Of a stretch of DNA of 64,000 nucleotides, positions 49,442-58,479 are shown piece after piece. The notes below the pieces were generated by a model. That model saw only the letters and a list, made by a program, of their open reading frames with translations. It was not told the DNA's origin and did no database searches. The DNA is taken from the NCBI GenBank assembly GCA_963763035.1, contig CAVXMS010000003.1:1663945-1727944 (forward strand), written 5' to 3'. A program made the translations under genes and the position numbers. Within the stretch, counting starts at the first letter, position 1. Each line of letters starts with the position of its first letter. The DNA comes from an uncultured beta proteobacterium. GTDB lineage: Bacteria; Pseudomonadota; Gammaproteobacteria; Burkholderiales; Burkholderiaceae_C.

Positions 49442-50406
49442 GCTTTTGAGCCCAAAGGGAATTGGCAGCGCACCATGCCTTGTTGCCAGTCGCGCAGGGC
49501 CGGGCGCTGCGCGCGGCAACTGTCCTTCGCATAGGCGCAGCGCGGCGCGAACAGGCAGCCCGGCGGGCGGTCGTACATGCCGGGCACCATGCCGGGGATG
49601 GTGGCCAGACGGGTCAGGCCGTCGCTGCGTTCCGGCAGCGCCGCCATCAGGGCTTCGGTGTAGGGGTGCTGCGGCGTCGCAAACAGGTCGTGCGCGCTGC
49701 GCTCCTCCATGATTTGCCCGGCATACATCACCGCCACCCGTTGCGCCATCTCGGACACCACGCCCATGTTGTGGGTGATCAGCACCAGCGCCATGCCACG
49801 TTCTTTTTGCAGGCTTTGCAGCAAGTCCAGAATCTGCGCCTGGATCGTGACGTCCAGCGCCGTGGTCGGCTCATCGGCGATCAGCAGCTTGGGGTTGCAG
49901 GCAATCGCCATGGCGATCATGACGCGCTGGTTCATGCCGCCCGACATCTGGTGCGGGAAGTCCTTGAGGCGGCTTTCGGGCGCCGGAATGCCGACCTGTT
50001 CCAGCAACTCGATGGAGCGTTTGTGGGCGGCACGGTTATCGAGTTTCAGATGCAGCTTCAAGGTCTCGGCCAGTTGAAAGCCGACCGTGAAGCAGGGGTT
50101 CAGGCTGGTCGTGGGGTCCTGGAAAATCATCGCCACGTCCTTGCCGGTGAGCTTGCTGCGCTCACTGCTGGAGAGGGCCAGCAGATCGTGGCCGTCAAAG
50201 CGCAGTTTGTCCGCCGTCACCCGCCCCGGGTAGGGCACCAGGCCCATCAGCGCCATCATGGTCACGCTTTTTCCCGAGCCCGACTCGCCGACGATGCCCA
50301 GCACGTCACCGACATTGAGCGACAAACTGACGCCATCGACCGCGTGCATGACCGAGTTCTTCGAGGGAAACTCGACCGACAGGTTTTCTATTTCAAGCAG
50401 AGCCAT
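49438..50406 (-). CDS. peptide ABC transporter ATP-binding protein (DppD-like)
   Basis: Walker A GESGSGKS, signature [14 protein letters not shown], and an oligopeptide C-terminal domain. Confidence 0.88.
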   Translation of the reverse strand: MALLEIENLSVEFPSKNSVMHAVDGVSLSLNVGDVLGIVGESGSGKSVTMMALMGLVPYPGRVTADKLRFDGHDLLALSSSERSKLTGKDVAMIFQDPTTSLNPCFTVGFQLAETLKLHLKLDNRAAHKRSIELLEQVGIPAPESRLKDFPHQMSGGMNQRVMIAMAIACNPKLLIADEPTTALDVTIQAQILDLLQSLQKERGMALVLITHNMGVVSEMAQRVAVMYAGQIMEERSAHDLFATPQHPYTEALMAALPERSDGLTRLATIPGMVPGMYDRPPGCLFAPRCAYAKDSCRAQRPALRDWQQGMVRCQFPLGSKA

Positions 50407-50411
50407 TACTT

Positions 50412-50440
50412 GTCATTGCGGACTTGATCCGCAATCCATG
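50412..50440. repeat. REP-like palindromic element, copy 2 (dppC-dppD intergenic spacer)
   Basis: GTCATTGCGGACTTGATCCGCAATCCATG with stem ATTGCGGA/TCCGCAAT. It is an inverted copy of 44013-44042, with a compensatory G:C to A:T change in the stem. Confidence 0.4.
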
Positions 50441-50488
50441 TCCCCTCACACGGGTGTTTTGAGTTTGCATTTTCCACGGGAATATTTC

Positions 50489-51418
50489 TCAACGCTTCAG
50501 TTTGGGATCGAACGCGTCGCGCAGACCGTCGCCCAGCAGGTTGAACGCCAGCACGGTGATCAGGATCGCCAGACCGGGGAAGGTCACCACCCACCAGGCG
50601 CGCATCACAAATTCGCGCGCATCGGCCAGCATGGTGCCCCACTCGGGTGACGGCGGCTGCGCCCCCAGGCCCAGAAAGCCCAAGGCCGCAGCGTCAATGA
50701 TGGCGGTCGAGATGCCCAGCGAGGTCTGCACAATCAGCGGCGCCGTGCAATTGGGCAGCACTTCATTGAACATCAGACGCAGGTGGCTGGCACCGTTCAT
50801 GCGCGCCGCCGTCACATAGTCCTTGGCCATCTCGCCGATGACCGCGGCCCGCGTGATGCGCACGTAATGCGGCAGCACCACCACCGCCACCGCCAGCATC
50901 GCGTTCATCAGACCCGGCCCCAGAATGGCCACGATCACGATCGCCAGCAGCAGGCTGGGCAGGGTCAGGATGATGTCCATCAGGCGCATCACCGCGATCT
51001 CGAAGAGGCCGCGGAAATAGCCGGCCGTCAAACCCAGAACGGTGCCCACCAGTACCGACAGCGCCACCACCGCCAGGCCAATGGCCAGTGACAGGCGGGC
51101 GCCATGGATCAGGCGCGACAGGATGTCGCGGCCGATCGCGTCGGTGCCCAGCCAGTGCGCGCTGGAGCCGCCGAGCTGCCAGGCTGGCGGTTTCAGGAAC
51201 ACGGCCGAGTCTGTCAGGTCCGGCGCATAGGGTGCAATCAGGGGCGCCAGGGCCGCCAGCAGCAGCACCAGGATCACAATCATCAGGCCGGCCACGGCAC
51301 CATGGTTGGCGCTGAAGTAGCCCCAGAACTCACGCCACGGTTGCGGCGGCTCCGGGCTCTCGTCCTGGCTTTGCAAAGCGGTCGTCTTGCTCATGGCGAG
51401 GGTCGCGCGGCCTTCCAT
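50489..51418 (-). CDS. peptide ABC transporter permease (DppC-like)
   Basis: BPD-type permease with an EAA loop (DYVTAARMNGASHLRLMFNEVLPN). A start at 51418 follows the dppB-like stop by 2 nt; an alternative ATG lies at 51394. Confidence 0.85.
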   Translation of the reverse strand: MEGRATLAMSKTTALQSQDESPEPPQPWREFWGYFSANHGAVAGLMIVILVLLLAALAPLIAPYAPDLTDSAVFLKPPAWQLGGSSAHWLGTDAIGRDILSRLIHGARLSLAIGLAVVALSVLVGTVLGLTAGYFRGLFEIAVMRLMDIILTLPSLLLAIVIVAILGPGLMNAMLAVAVVVLPHYVRITRAAVIGEMAKDYVTAARMNGASHLRLMFNEVLPNCTAPLIVQTSLGISTAIIDAAALGFLGLGAQPPSPEWGTMLADAREFVMRAWWVVTFPGLAILITVLAFNLLGDGLRDAFDPKLKR

Positions 51419-51420
51419 GG

Positions 51421-52425
51421 TCAGTGCCTTATCTTCGGGTTGATGATGCCGTAGGTCACATCCACCAGCAGGTTCACCAGCATCACGATGACGCCCAGCA
51501 GCAGCATGCCGCCTTGCAGCACCGGATAGTCGCGCCGGCCAATGGCTTCTATCATCCATTTGCCGACGCCGGGCCAGGAGAAAATGGTCTCGGTCAGGAT
51601 CGCGCCGGTGAACAGTACGCCCACTTGCAAGCCGATGACCGTTACCACCGGGATCAGCGCATTGCGCAGGGCGTGCAGCGCCACCACCCGCAGATTCGAC
51701 AGGCCCTTGGCGCGTGCCGTGCGGATGTAGTCCTCGCCCAGCACTTCCAGCATGGCCGAGCGCGTCATGCGGGCCATCACCGCCAGCGGAATGGTGCCCA
51801 GCACGATGGTCGGCAGGATCAGGTGCGTGGCGGCCGACCAGAAGGCGCCCTTGTCACCGACCAGCCAGGAGTCGATCAGCAGGAAGCCGGTGATGGGTTC
51901 AATAAAGTACTTGACCGCAATGCGGCCGGAGACCGGCGTCAGGTCCAGTTGCACCGAAAACAGTAGGATCAGCAGCAGGCCCCACCAGAAGATCGGCATC
52001 GAGTAGCCGGTCAGCGAGACCCCCATGACACCGTGGTCCAACACCGAGTTGCGCTTGACCGCGGCCAGAATGCCGGCCGGTATGCCCAGCAGCAGGGCAA
52101 ACAAAATGGCGCACACCGCCAGTTCAATGGTGGCCGGGAACAGCGCCAGGAATTCATTCAACACCGGCTCGTGGGTAATGACGGAGGTCCCCAGATCACC
52201 TTTCAGAACGCGGCCGATGTAGATGCCGTACTGCACCAGCAGTGGGCGGTCCATTCCGTATTCCTTGAGCAGGATGGCGTGCCGTGCGGCATCGATGCCG
52301 CGCTCGCCAGCCAGGGTTTCTATCGGGTCGCCCGGCACCAGGCGAATCAGGAAGAACGCCACCAGCGTCATGCCTATAAACGTTGGGACGATCAGGCTGA
52401 AGCGGGTCAATAGGAAGCGCAGCAT
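51421..52425 (-). CDS. peptide ABC transporter permease (DppB-like)
   Basis: 334 aa with the N-terminus MLRFLLTRFSLIVPTFIGMTLVAF typical of DppB/OppB, and an EAA loop (DYIRTARAKGLS). Confidence 0.88.
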   Translation of the reverse strand: MLRFLLTRFSLIVPTFIGMTLVAFFLIRLVPGDPIETLAGERGIDAARHAILLKEYGMDRPLLVQYGIYIGRVLKGDLGTSVITHEPVLNEFLALFPATIELAVCAILFALLLGIPAGILAAVKRNSVLDHGVMGVSLTGYSMPIFWWGLLLILLFSVQLDLTPVSGRIAVKYFIEPITGFLLIDSWLVGDKGAFWSAATHLILPTIVLGTIPLAVMARMTRSAMLEVLGEDYIRTARAKGLSNLRVVALHALRNALIPVVTVIGLQVGVLFTGAILTETIFSWPGVGKWMIEAIGRRDYPVLQGGMLLLGVIVMLVNLLVDVTYGIINPKIRH

Positions 52426-52470
52426 GGTTTGCAGATTTTTATCGAAACTCGGGCGCCATCATGCCAGAAC

Positions 52471-52496
52471 AAAAAAGGCCGACTTGCGCCGGCCTT
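52471..52496 (-). terminator. rho-independent terminator of the SWIB/H1-like gene
   Basis: The minus strand reads AGGCCGGCGCAAGTCGGCCTTTTTT about 25 nt after the stop at 52519. Confidence 0.6.
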
Positions 52497-52518
52497 TGTG
52501 GTAAGCAGAGAAAGTTGC

Positions 52519-52965
52519 TTACTTCAGGTGTTTGCCGATCAGGCCAGCCATCTCGAACATGGACACTTGGGCCTTGGCGAAGATTTCCTTCAGCTTGGCA
52601 TCGGCGTTGATCATGCGTTTGTTGACGGCGTCTTGCAGCTTGTTCTTCTTGATGTAAGCCCACAGCTTGCTCACGACTTCGGTGCGCGGCAGCGGGTTGG
52701 CACCCACCACGGCGGCCAGAGCGGCGCTAGGCGTCAGGGCTTTCATGAACGCCGCGTTGGGCGTGCGCTTTTTGGCGGGCGCTTTTTTCGCAGCTACCTT
52801 TTTGGCGGGAGCTGCTTTCTTGGCGGGGGCGGCCTTTTTAGCGGGGGCTGCCTTTTTCGCCGGAGCCGCTTTTTTGGCCGGAGCCTTGGCGGCTACTTTT
52901 TTGGCGGGTGCTGCCTTTTTTGCGGGTGCAGCTTTCTTTGCCGGAGCTTTGGTTGCAGTTGCCAT
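52519..52965 (-). CDS. SWIB/MDM2-domain protein with an N-terminal histone-H1-like Ala/Lys/Pro repeat region
   Basis: 148 aa. The N-terminal ~65 aa consists of (A/K/P) repeats such as AAPAKK. The C-terminal ~80 aa is SWIB-like (LTPSAALAAVVGANPLPRTEVVSKLWAYIKKNKLQD...MFEMAGLIGKHL). Confidence 0.8.
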   Translation of the reverse strand: MATATKAPAKKAAPAKKAAPAKKVAAKAPAKKAAPAKKAAPAKKAAPAKKAAPAKKVAAKKAPAKKRTPNAAFMKALTPSAALAAVVGANPLPRTEVVSKLWAYIKKNKLQDAVNKRMINADAKLKEIFAKAQVSMFEMAGLIGKHLK

Positions 52966-52999
52966 GATTTATTGTCCTTCTAGAAGTTGATTAATCACC

Positions 53000-53084
53000 A
53001 GCGAAAAACTGCTTCTTCACTGGCAATGCGGATGCTACTGGAGAATTTGTCCGTTTCCTAGCGAAAAAATGTTTATTTCACTGG
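53000..53084. repeat. pair of ~24-nt direct repeats in the SWIB / rraA divergent intergenic region
   Basis: AGCGAAAAACTGCTTCTTCACTGG (53000-53023) and AGCGAAAAAATGTTTATTTCACTGG (53060-53084), 60 nt apart. A third partial TTTCACAGG follows at about 53098. Confidence 0.35.
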
Positions 53085-53287
53085 AGCGTGTTGTTTTTTT
53101 CACAGGAGATTTGAGTGCTTTTCCCTCTGAAAACGCAATGCGGCGCGCAGCGGCCGCGGCAAATGGTTCATGCAGTGCATCAGATGCGGCCATCAAGACC
53201 GCGCCAGGACAGGCTATTTTCCGTTTCCACCGGCAGCGCCACAGGCCGGTGGCGGCCTACAATTTTGGCAACCCAAGGAACACGACC

Positions 53288-53809
53288 ATGACCCCCTCAT
53301 TTGCCACCTGCGACCTGTGCGATGCCCACAAGAACGATGCATCCGGTGACTTCCGGGTGCTGCCGCCGCTGTTTCGCGACTTTGGCGCAGTGCGTAAATT
53401 TTGCGGCCCGGTGGTCACTGTCAAGTGCTTCGAGGACAACTCGGCCGTCAAGGCGGCGCTCGATGCAAGCGGTTTTGAGGAGACGCCAGTGGGCCGGGTC
53501 GGCAAGGTGCTGGTGGTCGATGGCGGCGCCTCACTGCGGCGCGCCCTGCTGGGCGGCAACCTGGGTCTGGCGGCAGTCAGGAACGGCTGGGCCGGCGTGC
53601 TGATCGACGGCTGTGTGCGCGATGTTGCCGAGTTGGCTTTGCTGGATGTGGGTATTCGGGCTCTGGCTTGCATGCCCTTGCCGACCGAGAAGCGCAATCA
53701 AGGACAAAAAGATGTAGCAGTGCAGATCCAGGGCGTTTGGGTGCGCCCCGGCGATTGGCTGTATGCGGACGAGGACGGTATGCTGCTCAGCGCCCGGCGT
53801 CTGACTTGA
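53288..53809 (+). CDS. rraA: RraA family protein (RNase E regulator / HMG-oxaloacetate aldolase fold)
   Basis: 173 aa from the ATG at 53288, with the N-terminal TCDLCD and VLVVDGGAS blocks characteristic of RraA. Confidence 0.85.
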   Translation: MTPSFATCDLCDAHKNDASGDFRVLPPLFRDFGAVRKFCGPVVTVKCFEDNSAVKAALDASGFEETPVGRVGKVLVVDGGASLRRALLGGNLGLAAVRNGWAGVLIDGCVRDVAELALLDVGIRALACMPLPTEKRNQGQKDVAVQIQGVWVRPGDWLYADEDGMLLSARRLT

Positions 53810-54752
53810 GCCGGGCCGGGTTGGGACTGTTGCGCGCCGGCAGCGTCGCCAGCACCACGCCCAGCAAGGCGATGCCGAAGGCCAGCAGTTGCACGCCATG
53901 CAGGGTTTCGCCCAGCGCCAGCACGCCCACTGCTGCGCTGGCGAGCGGCAGCATCACGGTGAAGACACCGGCTTGCGCCGCCGGTACGGTCTTCAGGCCG
54001 GTCATCCAGAGCCAGACGGTCCAGACGCTGGCCGCCAGCGCGTAGAACACCAGCAACACCCAGGTCGATGCGGCCACCGCATGGAAATCGAATTGCAAGG
54101 CCATGTAGAGGCCCATGGGCGTCATCAGCGCGAAGCCCCACAGGTTGATCAGCGCCGTGATGCGTTTAGGCCCCAGAGCGCCGGTGAGCTTCTTGCCGAT
54201 GACGGCGTAAGAGGCCTCGCAGACGACCGCGCCAAAGACCAGCAGATTGCCCCACAAGCTGTTTTGCGGCGACACTGCGGAGGTCAGGCCAGCGCCAGAT
54301 GGCGTGATGGGCGCCGCTTTCGAGAAAGCAAACAGTCCTATGCCCAAAGCGGCGCAGGCAATCGCGGCCCAGACCCGCAGGCTGATGCGCTCGCGTAAAA
54401 AAAGCCAGCTCAGCAGCGCCACCACGGCCGGAATCGACGCCATGATGACGCCGGCCGAGATCGCGCTGGTCAGGCTGACGCCGTACAGCATGCAGATCGA
54501 GAATAAAAAATTGCCGAGGAACGACTCCAGAAAGACCAGCTTCTTGGTTGCCAACGTCATCACCGGCTCGCTGGCCGGCTTGATCAGCCAGTGTGGCATC
54601 GCCACAGCGCCTATGCCAAACCGCAGCCAGGCCAGCAGCATGACGGGCAGGGCGGCCACCAGGGGTTTGGAGAGGGCGACGTAGCTGCCGACCAGCGACA
54701 TGCTGAGGGCCAGCAGCACATAGGCCAGCGGACGGTTGGGGGTGCGTTGCAA
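53787..54752 (-). CDS. EamA/DMT-family transporter
   Basis: 321 aa with ten hydrophobic segments and two EamA repeats. It overlaps rraA convergently by 23 nt. Confidence 0.8.
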   Translation of the reverse strand: MQRTPNRPLAYVLLALSMSLVGSYVALSKPLVAALPVMLLAWLRFGIGAVAMPHWLIKPASEPVMTLATKKLVFLESFLGNFLFSICMLYGVSLTSAISAGVIMASIPAVVALLSWLFLRERISLRVWAAIACAALGIGLFAFSKAAPITPSGAGLTSAVSPQNSLWGNLLVFGAVVCEASYAVIGKKLTGALGPKRITALINLWGFALMTPMGLYMALQFDFHAVAASTWVLLVFYALAASVWTVWLWMTGLKTVPAAQAGVFTVMLPLASAAVGVLALGETLHGVQLLAFGIALLGVVLATLPARNSPNPARLKSDAGR

Positions 54753-54898
54753 GGTATTTTAAAAATTGAAGTTCCAGCCTGGCATCATGCCTGAGGACCG
54801 CCGCGACCGCAGTGGCTTCTCTGGCAAGGCCCAAATTGGCACCAATGAGTGCGGATAAGTTGAGGTACCTTCAGGCTCCACCAAAAAGAGGCATCCTG

Positions 54899-55834
54899 AT
54901 GAGCACGGGTCAATTCGCATACGCCAGCAATGGCAACCGGTTTCTGGCCGTGCCTGAACTTGCCGATCAGGCCTTTGCCCTAGTCGGCGTGCCGTTTGAC
55001 GGCGCCGTCACCAATCGACCGGGCGCCCGCTTCGGACCGCAGGAGATTCGGCGCGCCAGCCTGATGCTGTGCGATGGTTTGCATCCGTGGTTTGGCGTCT
55101 CGCCGATGGGCCATCTGGGCGACGCGCTGGACCTGCGCTTGCCCAATGCCTCGCCGCTGGCCGAAGTGCGCCGGCAGATCCAGGTCCAGGCCGCGGTGTT
55201 GATGGCCAGACACCATTGCGTTTTTCTCGGTGGCGATCATTCGGTGACCTTGCCGCTGTTGCGTGCCGCCCGGGCGCAACATGGCGAACTGGCGCTGCTG
55301 CATTTCGACGCGCACTGCGATACCTGGCCAGACCATTTTGGCGAACCGTCGGGTCATGGAACCTGGACTTACGAGGCCATCGCCGAGGGTCTGGTGAGCC
55401 CCAGCCACACGGTGCAGATCGGCCTGCGTTCCAGCGGCGAGCGCGCGGTCCGGGAGTATGTGCAGGACCGGGGCGGCCTGATTTTCACGGCCCGGCAGTT
55501 GCGCGGACTCGACGGTGCCGGCCTACAGCCGGTCGTGACGCAGATATTGAATCGCATCGGTAACCGGCCCTGTTACCTGACGCTCGATATCGACTGCCTG
55601 GACCCGGCGTTCGCGCCCGGTACCGGCACGCCGGAGCCGGGAGGGCTGAGCAGCTCGCAACTGCTGACCTTTATCGAGGAGCTGGCGTCGCTGAACCTGA
55701 TCGGCATGGACTGCGTCGAGGTGGCGCCGGCTTACGACCACGCCGAACTCACCAGCAACGTCGCCGCCACCCTGGTCTGGACTTATCTTTGCGGCCAAGT
55801 GGCCAAGGAAAGGAGAGTTGGCCATGTTGCTTGA
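54899..55834 (+). CDS. agmatinase / ureohydrolase-family guanidino-compound hydrolase
   Basis: Arginase-fold Mn motifs (GGDHSVT, HFDAHCDTW, LTLDIDCLDP). The ATG at 54899 has an AGAGG RBS; the track ORF begins earlier at 54812. Confidence 0.8.
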   Translation: MSTGQFAYASNGNRFLAVPELADQAFALVGVPFDGAVTNRPGARFGPQEIRRASLMLCDGLHPWFGVSPMGHLGDALDLRLPNASPLAEVRRQIQVQAAVLMARHHCVFLGGDHSVTLPLLRAARAQHGELALLHFDAHCDTWPDHFGEPSGHGTWTYEAIAEGLVSPSHTVQIGLRSSGERAVREYVQDRGGLIFTARQLRGLDGAGLQPVVTQILNRIGNRPCYLTLDIDCLDPAFAPGTGTPEPGGLSSSQLLTFIEELASLNLIGMDCVEVAPAYDHAELTSNVAATLVWTYLCGQVAKERRVGHVA

Positions 55835-57125
55835 CTCGGACACCCAACTGAATCAAAAAAGTTATTACGAAGCCAGCGTCACGCGTGCTGCGGCGGAGCC
55901 ACCCCTGCAAGGCGCGCTGAACGCCGATGTGCTGGTGGTAGGCGCCGGTTATGCCGGTTTGTCGGCGGCGATCGAACTCGCGCAGCAAGGCTTGAGCGTG
56001 ATCGTGCTGGAGGCGGACCGTGTTTGCAGCGGCGCCTCCGGCCGCAATGGCGGCCAGGCGATCGTCGGCTATTCCAGTGGGCAGGAGCCGTTCGAGCAAC
56101 AGCTCGGCAAGGCCGATGCGCGGCTGGCCTGGGATATGACGATCGAGGCCATTGACCTGATCGATGAGCGCATTGCGCAGTTCAAAATCGACTGCGACCG
56201 GGTCTCGGGTTACCTTTATGTTGCTGATTCGCCGCGCAAGGCGCGCGCGCTGGAGGCCGACATGAATACCTTGCAGCGCGACTACGGTTTTGCCTCCGAT
56301 TTTGCCAGCGGCGCCGACACCCAGCGCCATATCCGGTCGCAACGCTATTGCGCCGCCGCCTTCGAGCCGGTCTCCGGCCATCTGCATCCCCTGAAGTACG
56401 GCCTCGGATTGGCCGACGCGGCGCGTTCGCTGGGCGTCAGGATCTTCGAGCATTCGGCGGTGCTCGACATCCAGCGCGGTGCCCGTCTGCAAGCGCACAC
56501 GGCGACCGGTGTCGTCAGCGCCCGCTTTGGTGTGCTGGCCGGTAATTGCACCCTGGGTGAGTACGGGCCGCGCGTGGCACCCGACATCACAGCGCGCATC
56601 ATGCCGGTGGGCACCTACATGGTGGCCACGGCAGCGCTTGACCCGGCCCTGTGCCAACGCCTGATCCCCAGCAACGCCTCGGCCTGCGACAACAACTTCA
56701 TCCTGGACTACTTTCGCTTCAGCGCCGACCACCGCATGCTGTTTGGCGGCCGCGTCAGCTACACCACGATGACGCCGCGCAATCTCAAGGAACTGATGGC
56801 GCAGCGCATGCAGCAGGTGTTTCCCGAATTGAAGGAGGCTGCTATCGACTACGTGTGGGGCGGTTTTGTCGACATCAGCATGAACCGCGCGCCCGACTTC
56901 GGACGGCTGGGCGACAACCTGTATTACCTGCAGGGATTCAGCGGGCACGGCGTAGCCCTGACCGGACTGGCGGGCCGCCTGGTGGCGCAGGCGGTGGCCG
57001 GTCAGGCCGGGCGCTTTGATTTGTTTGCGCGCCTGCGGCACCGCGAGTTTCCCGGCGGTGCCTTGTTGCGCATGCCCAGCCTGGTGCTGGGGACGCTGTT
57101 CTATCGCTTGCGCGACGCCTTCTAG
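55824..57125 (+). CDS. FAD-dependent oxidoreductase (gamma-glutamylputrescine oxidase PuuB-like)
   Basis: Dinucleotide fold DVLVVGAGYAGLSAAIEL. The ATG at 55824 follows AAGGAAAGGAGAG. Confidence 0.8.
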   Translation: MLLDSDTQLNQKSYYEASVTRAAAEPPLQGALNADVLVVGAGYAGLSAAIELAQQGLSVIVLEADRVCSGASGRNGGQAIVGYSSGQEPFEQQLGKADARLAWDMTIEAIDLIDERIAQFKIDCDRVSGYLYVADSPRKARALEADMNTLQRDYGFASDFASGADTQRHIRSQRYCAAAFEPVSGHLHPLKYGLGLADAARSLGVRIFEHSAVLDIQRGARLQAHTATGVVSARFGVLAGNCTLGEYGPRVAPDITARIMPVGTYMVATAALDPALCQRLIPSNASACDNNFILDYFRFSADHRMLFGGRVSYTTMTPRNLKELMAQRMQQVFPELKEAAIDYVWGGFVDISMNRAPDFGRLGDNLYYLQGFSGHGVALTGLAGRLVAQAVAGQAGRFDLFARLRHREFPGGALLRMPSLVLGTLFYRLRDAF

Positions 57126-57136
57126 CCGGGCTCCCC

Positions 57137-58471
57137 ATGGACCAATCGATTACCCAACTCTTGAGCCAGCACCGTATCCACGAAGTGGAGTGCGTGATTC
57201 CCGACATGACCGGCATTGCGCGCGGCAAGATCCTGCCGAAGGACTTGTTCCTGAGCGCCGGCGAGATGCGCCTGCCCAAAAGCGTACTGCTCAATACCGT
57301 CAACGGCCAGCAGCCCGACAACGGACCGCATGTCGGCGACACCGACCCGGACATGCTGTGCCGGCCCGACGCCGCCACCTTCCGCGTCGTGCCCTGGGCC
57401 GCCGAGCCAGTGGCGGTGGTCATCCACGACTGCTTTGAATGGGACGGCTCGCCGGTGGCGCTGTCGCCGCGCGCCGTGCTGCGCCAAGTGCTTGACCTGT
57501 ACACCCAGCGCGGCTGGCGTCCCGTGGTGGCGCCGGAGATGGAGTTCTACCTGGTGGCGCGTCAACAAAATCCGCACGAGCCGCTGCAACCGCCGATTGG
57601 TCGCACCGGCAAACCGGAGGCCGGACGGCAGAGCTATTCGGTCGATGCGGTGAACGATTTCGACCCCTTCTTCATGGAGCTGTCGACTTTTTGCGGCGTG
57701 CACCGGCTGGGCGTCGAGACCTTGATCCACGAGGCCGGCGCCGGCCAGATGGAGATCAACTTCACGCACGGCGAGCCGCTGGAGCTGGCCGACCGCGTCT
57801 TCCTGTTCAAGCGCACGGTGCGCGAGACCGCGCTGCGCCACGGCATCTTCGCCACCTTCATGGCCAAACCGATGGAGACCGAGCCCGGCAGCGCCATGCA
57901 CATCCACCAGAGCATCGTCGATGCCGACGGCCGCAACCTCTTCGGCCAGAGCGACGGCAGCGCCAGCCCGGCCTTCTTTCACTACATCGCCGGCTTGCAG
58001 AACTACGTGCCGCAGGTGATGCCGATACTGGCCCCTTACGTCAACTCGTACCGGCGCCTGGCGCCCCACATGTCGGCGCCGACCAATGTGCGCTGGGGCT
58101 ACGACAACCGCACCTGCGGCATCCGCATTCCGAAGTCGGCGGCCCAGGCGCGGCGCGTCGAGAACCGCGTGCCAGGCGTCGATGTGAATCCCTACCTGGC
58201 GATTGCCGCGACGCTGGCCTGCGGCTATCTGGGCATGATGGAAGCGCGCCAACCGGCCGAACCGGTGGCCAGCAGCGCCTGGAACATGGCGCACGAACTG
58301 CCGCGCCATCTGGAGGACGCGATCGAGCTGCTGCGCGCCTGCACGCCCATGCGCGAGTTGCTGGGCAGTCACTTTGTCGATGCCTTCTGCGCCGTCAAGG
58401 AACTCGAATTCGGTACCTACAACCGCGTCATCAGTTCCTGGGAACGGGAGCATTTGTTATTGCTGGTTTGA
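57137..58471 (+). CDS. glutamine synthetase family protein (gamma-glutamylpolyamine synthetase PuuA-like)
   Basis: 444 aa with type I GS catalytic-domain blocks (PEMEFYLV, FMAKPM, SAMHIHQS, NRTCGIRIP). Confidence 0.85.
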   Translation: MDQSITQLLSQHRIHEVECVIPDMTGIARGKILPKDLFLSAGEMRLPKSVLLNTVNGQQPDNGPHVGDTDPDMLCRPDAATFRVVPWAAEPVAVVIHDCFEWDGSPVALSPRAVLRQVLDLYTQRGWRPVVAPEMEFYLVARQQNPHEPLQPPIGRTGKPEAGRQSYSVDAVNDFDPFFMELSTFCGVHRLGVETLIHEAGAGQMEINFTHGEPLELADRVFLFKRTVRETALRHGIFATFMAKPMETEPGSAMHIHQSIVDADGRNLFGQSDGSASPAFFHYIAGLQNYVPQVMPILAPYVNSYRRLAPHMSAPTNVRWGYDNRTCGIRIPKSAAQARRVENRVPGVDVNPYLAIAATLACGYLGMMEARQPAEPVASSAWNMAHELPRHLEDAIELLRACTPMRELLGSHFVDAFCAVKELEFGTYNRVISSWEREHLLLLV

Positions 58472-58479
58472 GCTGCGCC

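Noticed and set aside
57691-58479. 5' 263 codons of the 722-aa track ORF 57691-59859
   Set aside because: This part overlaps the PuuA-like gene in another frame and is Arg/Pro/Ala low-complexity. Aminotransferase similarity begins only after the ATG at 58480.
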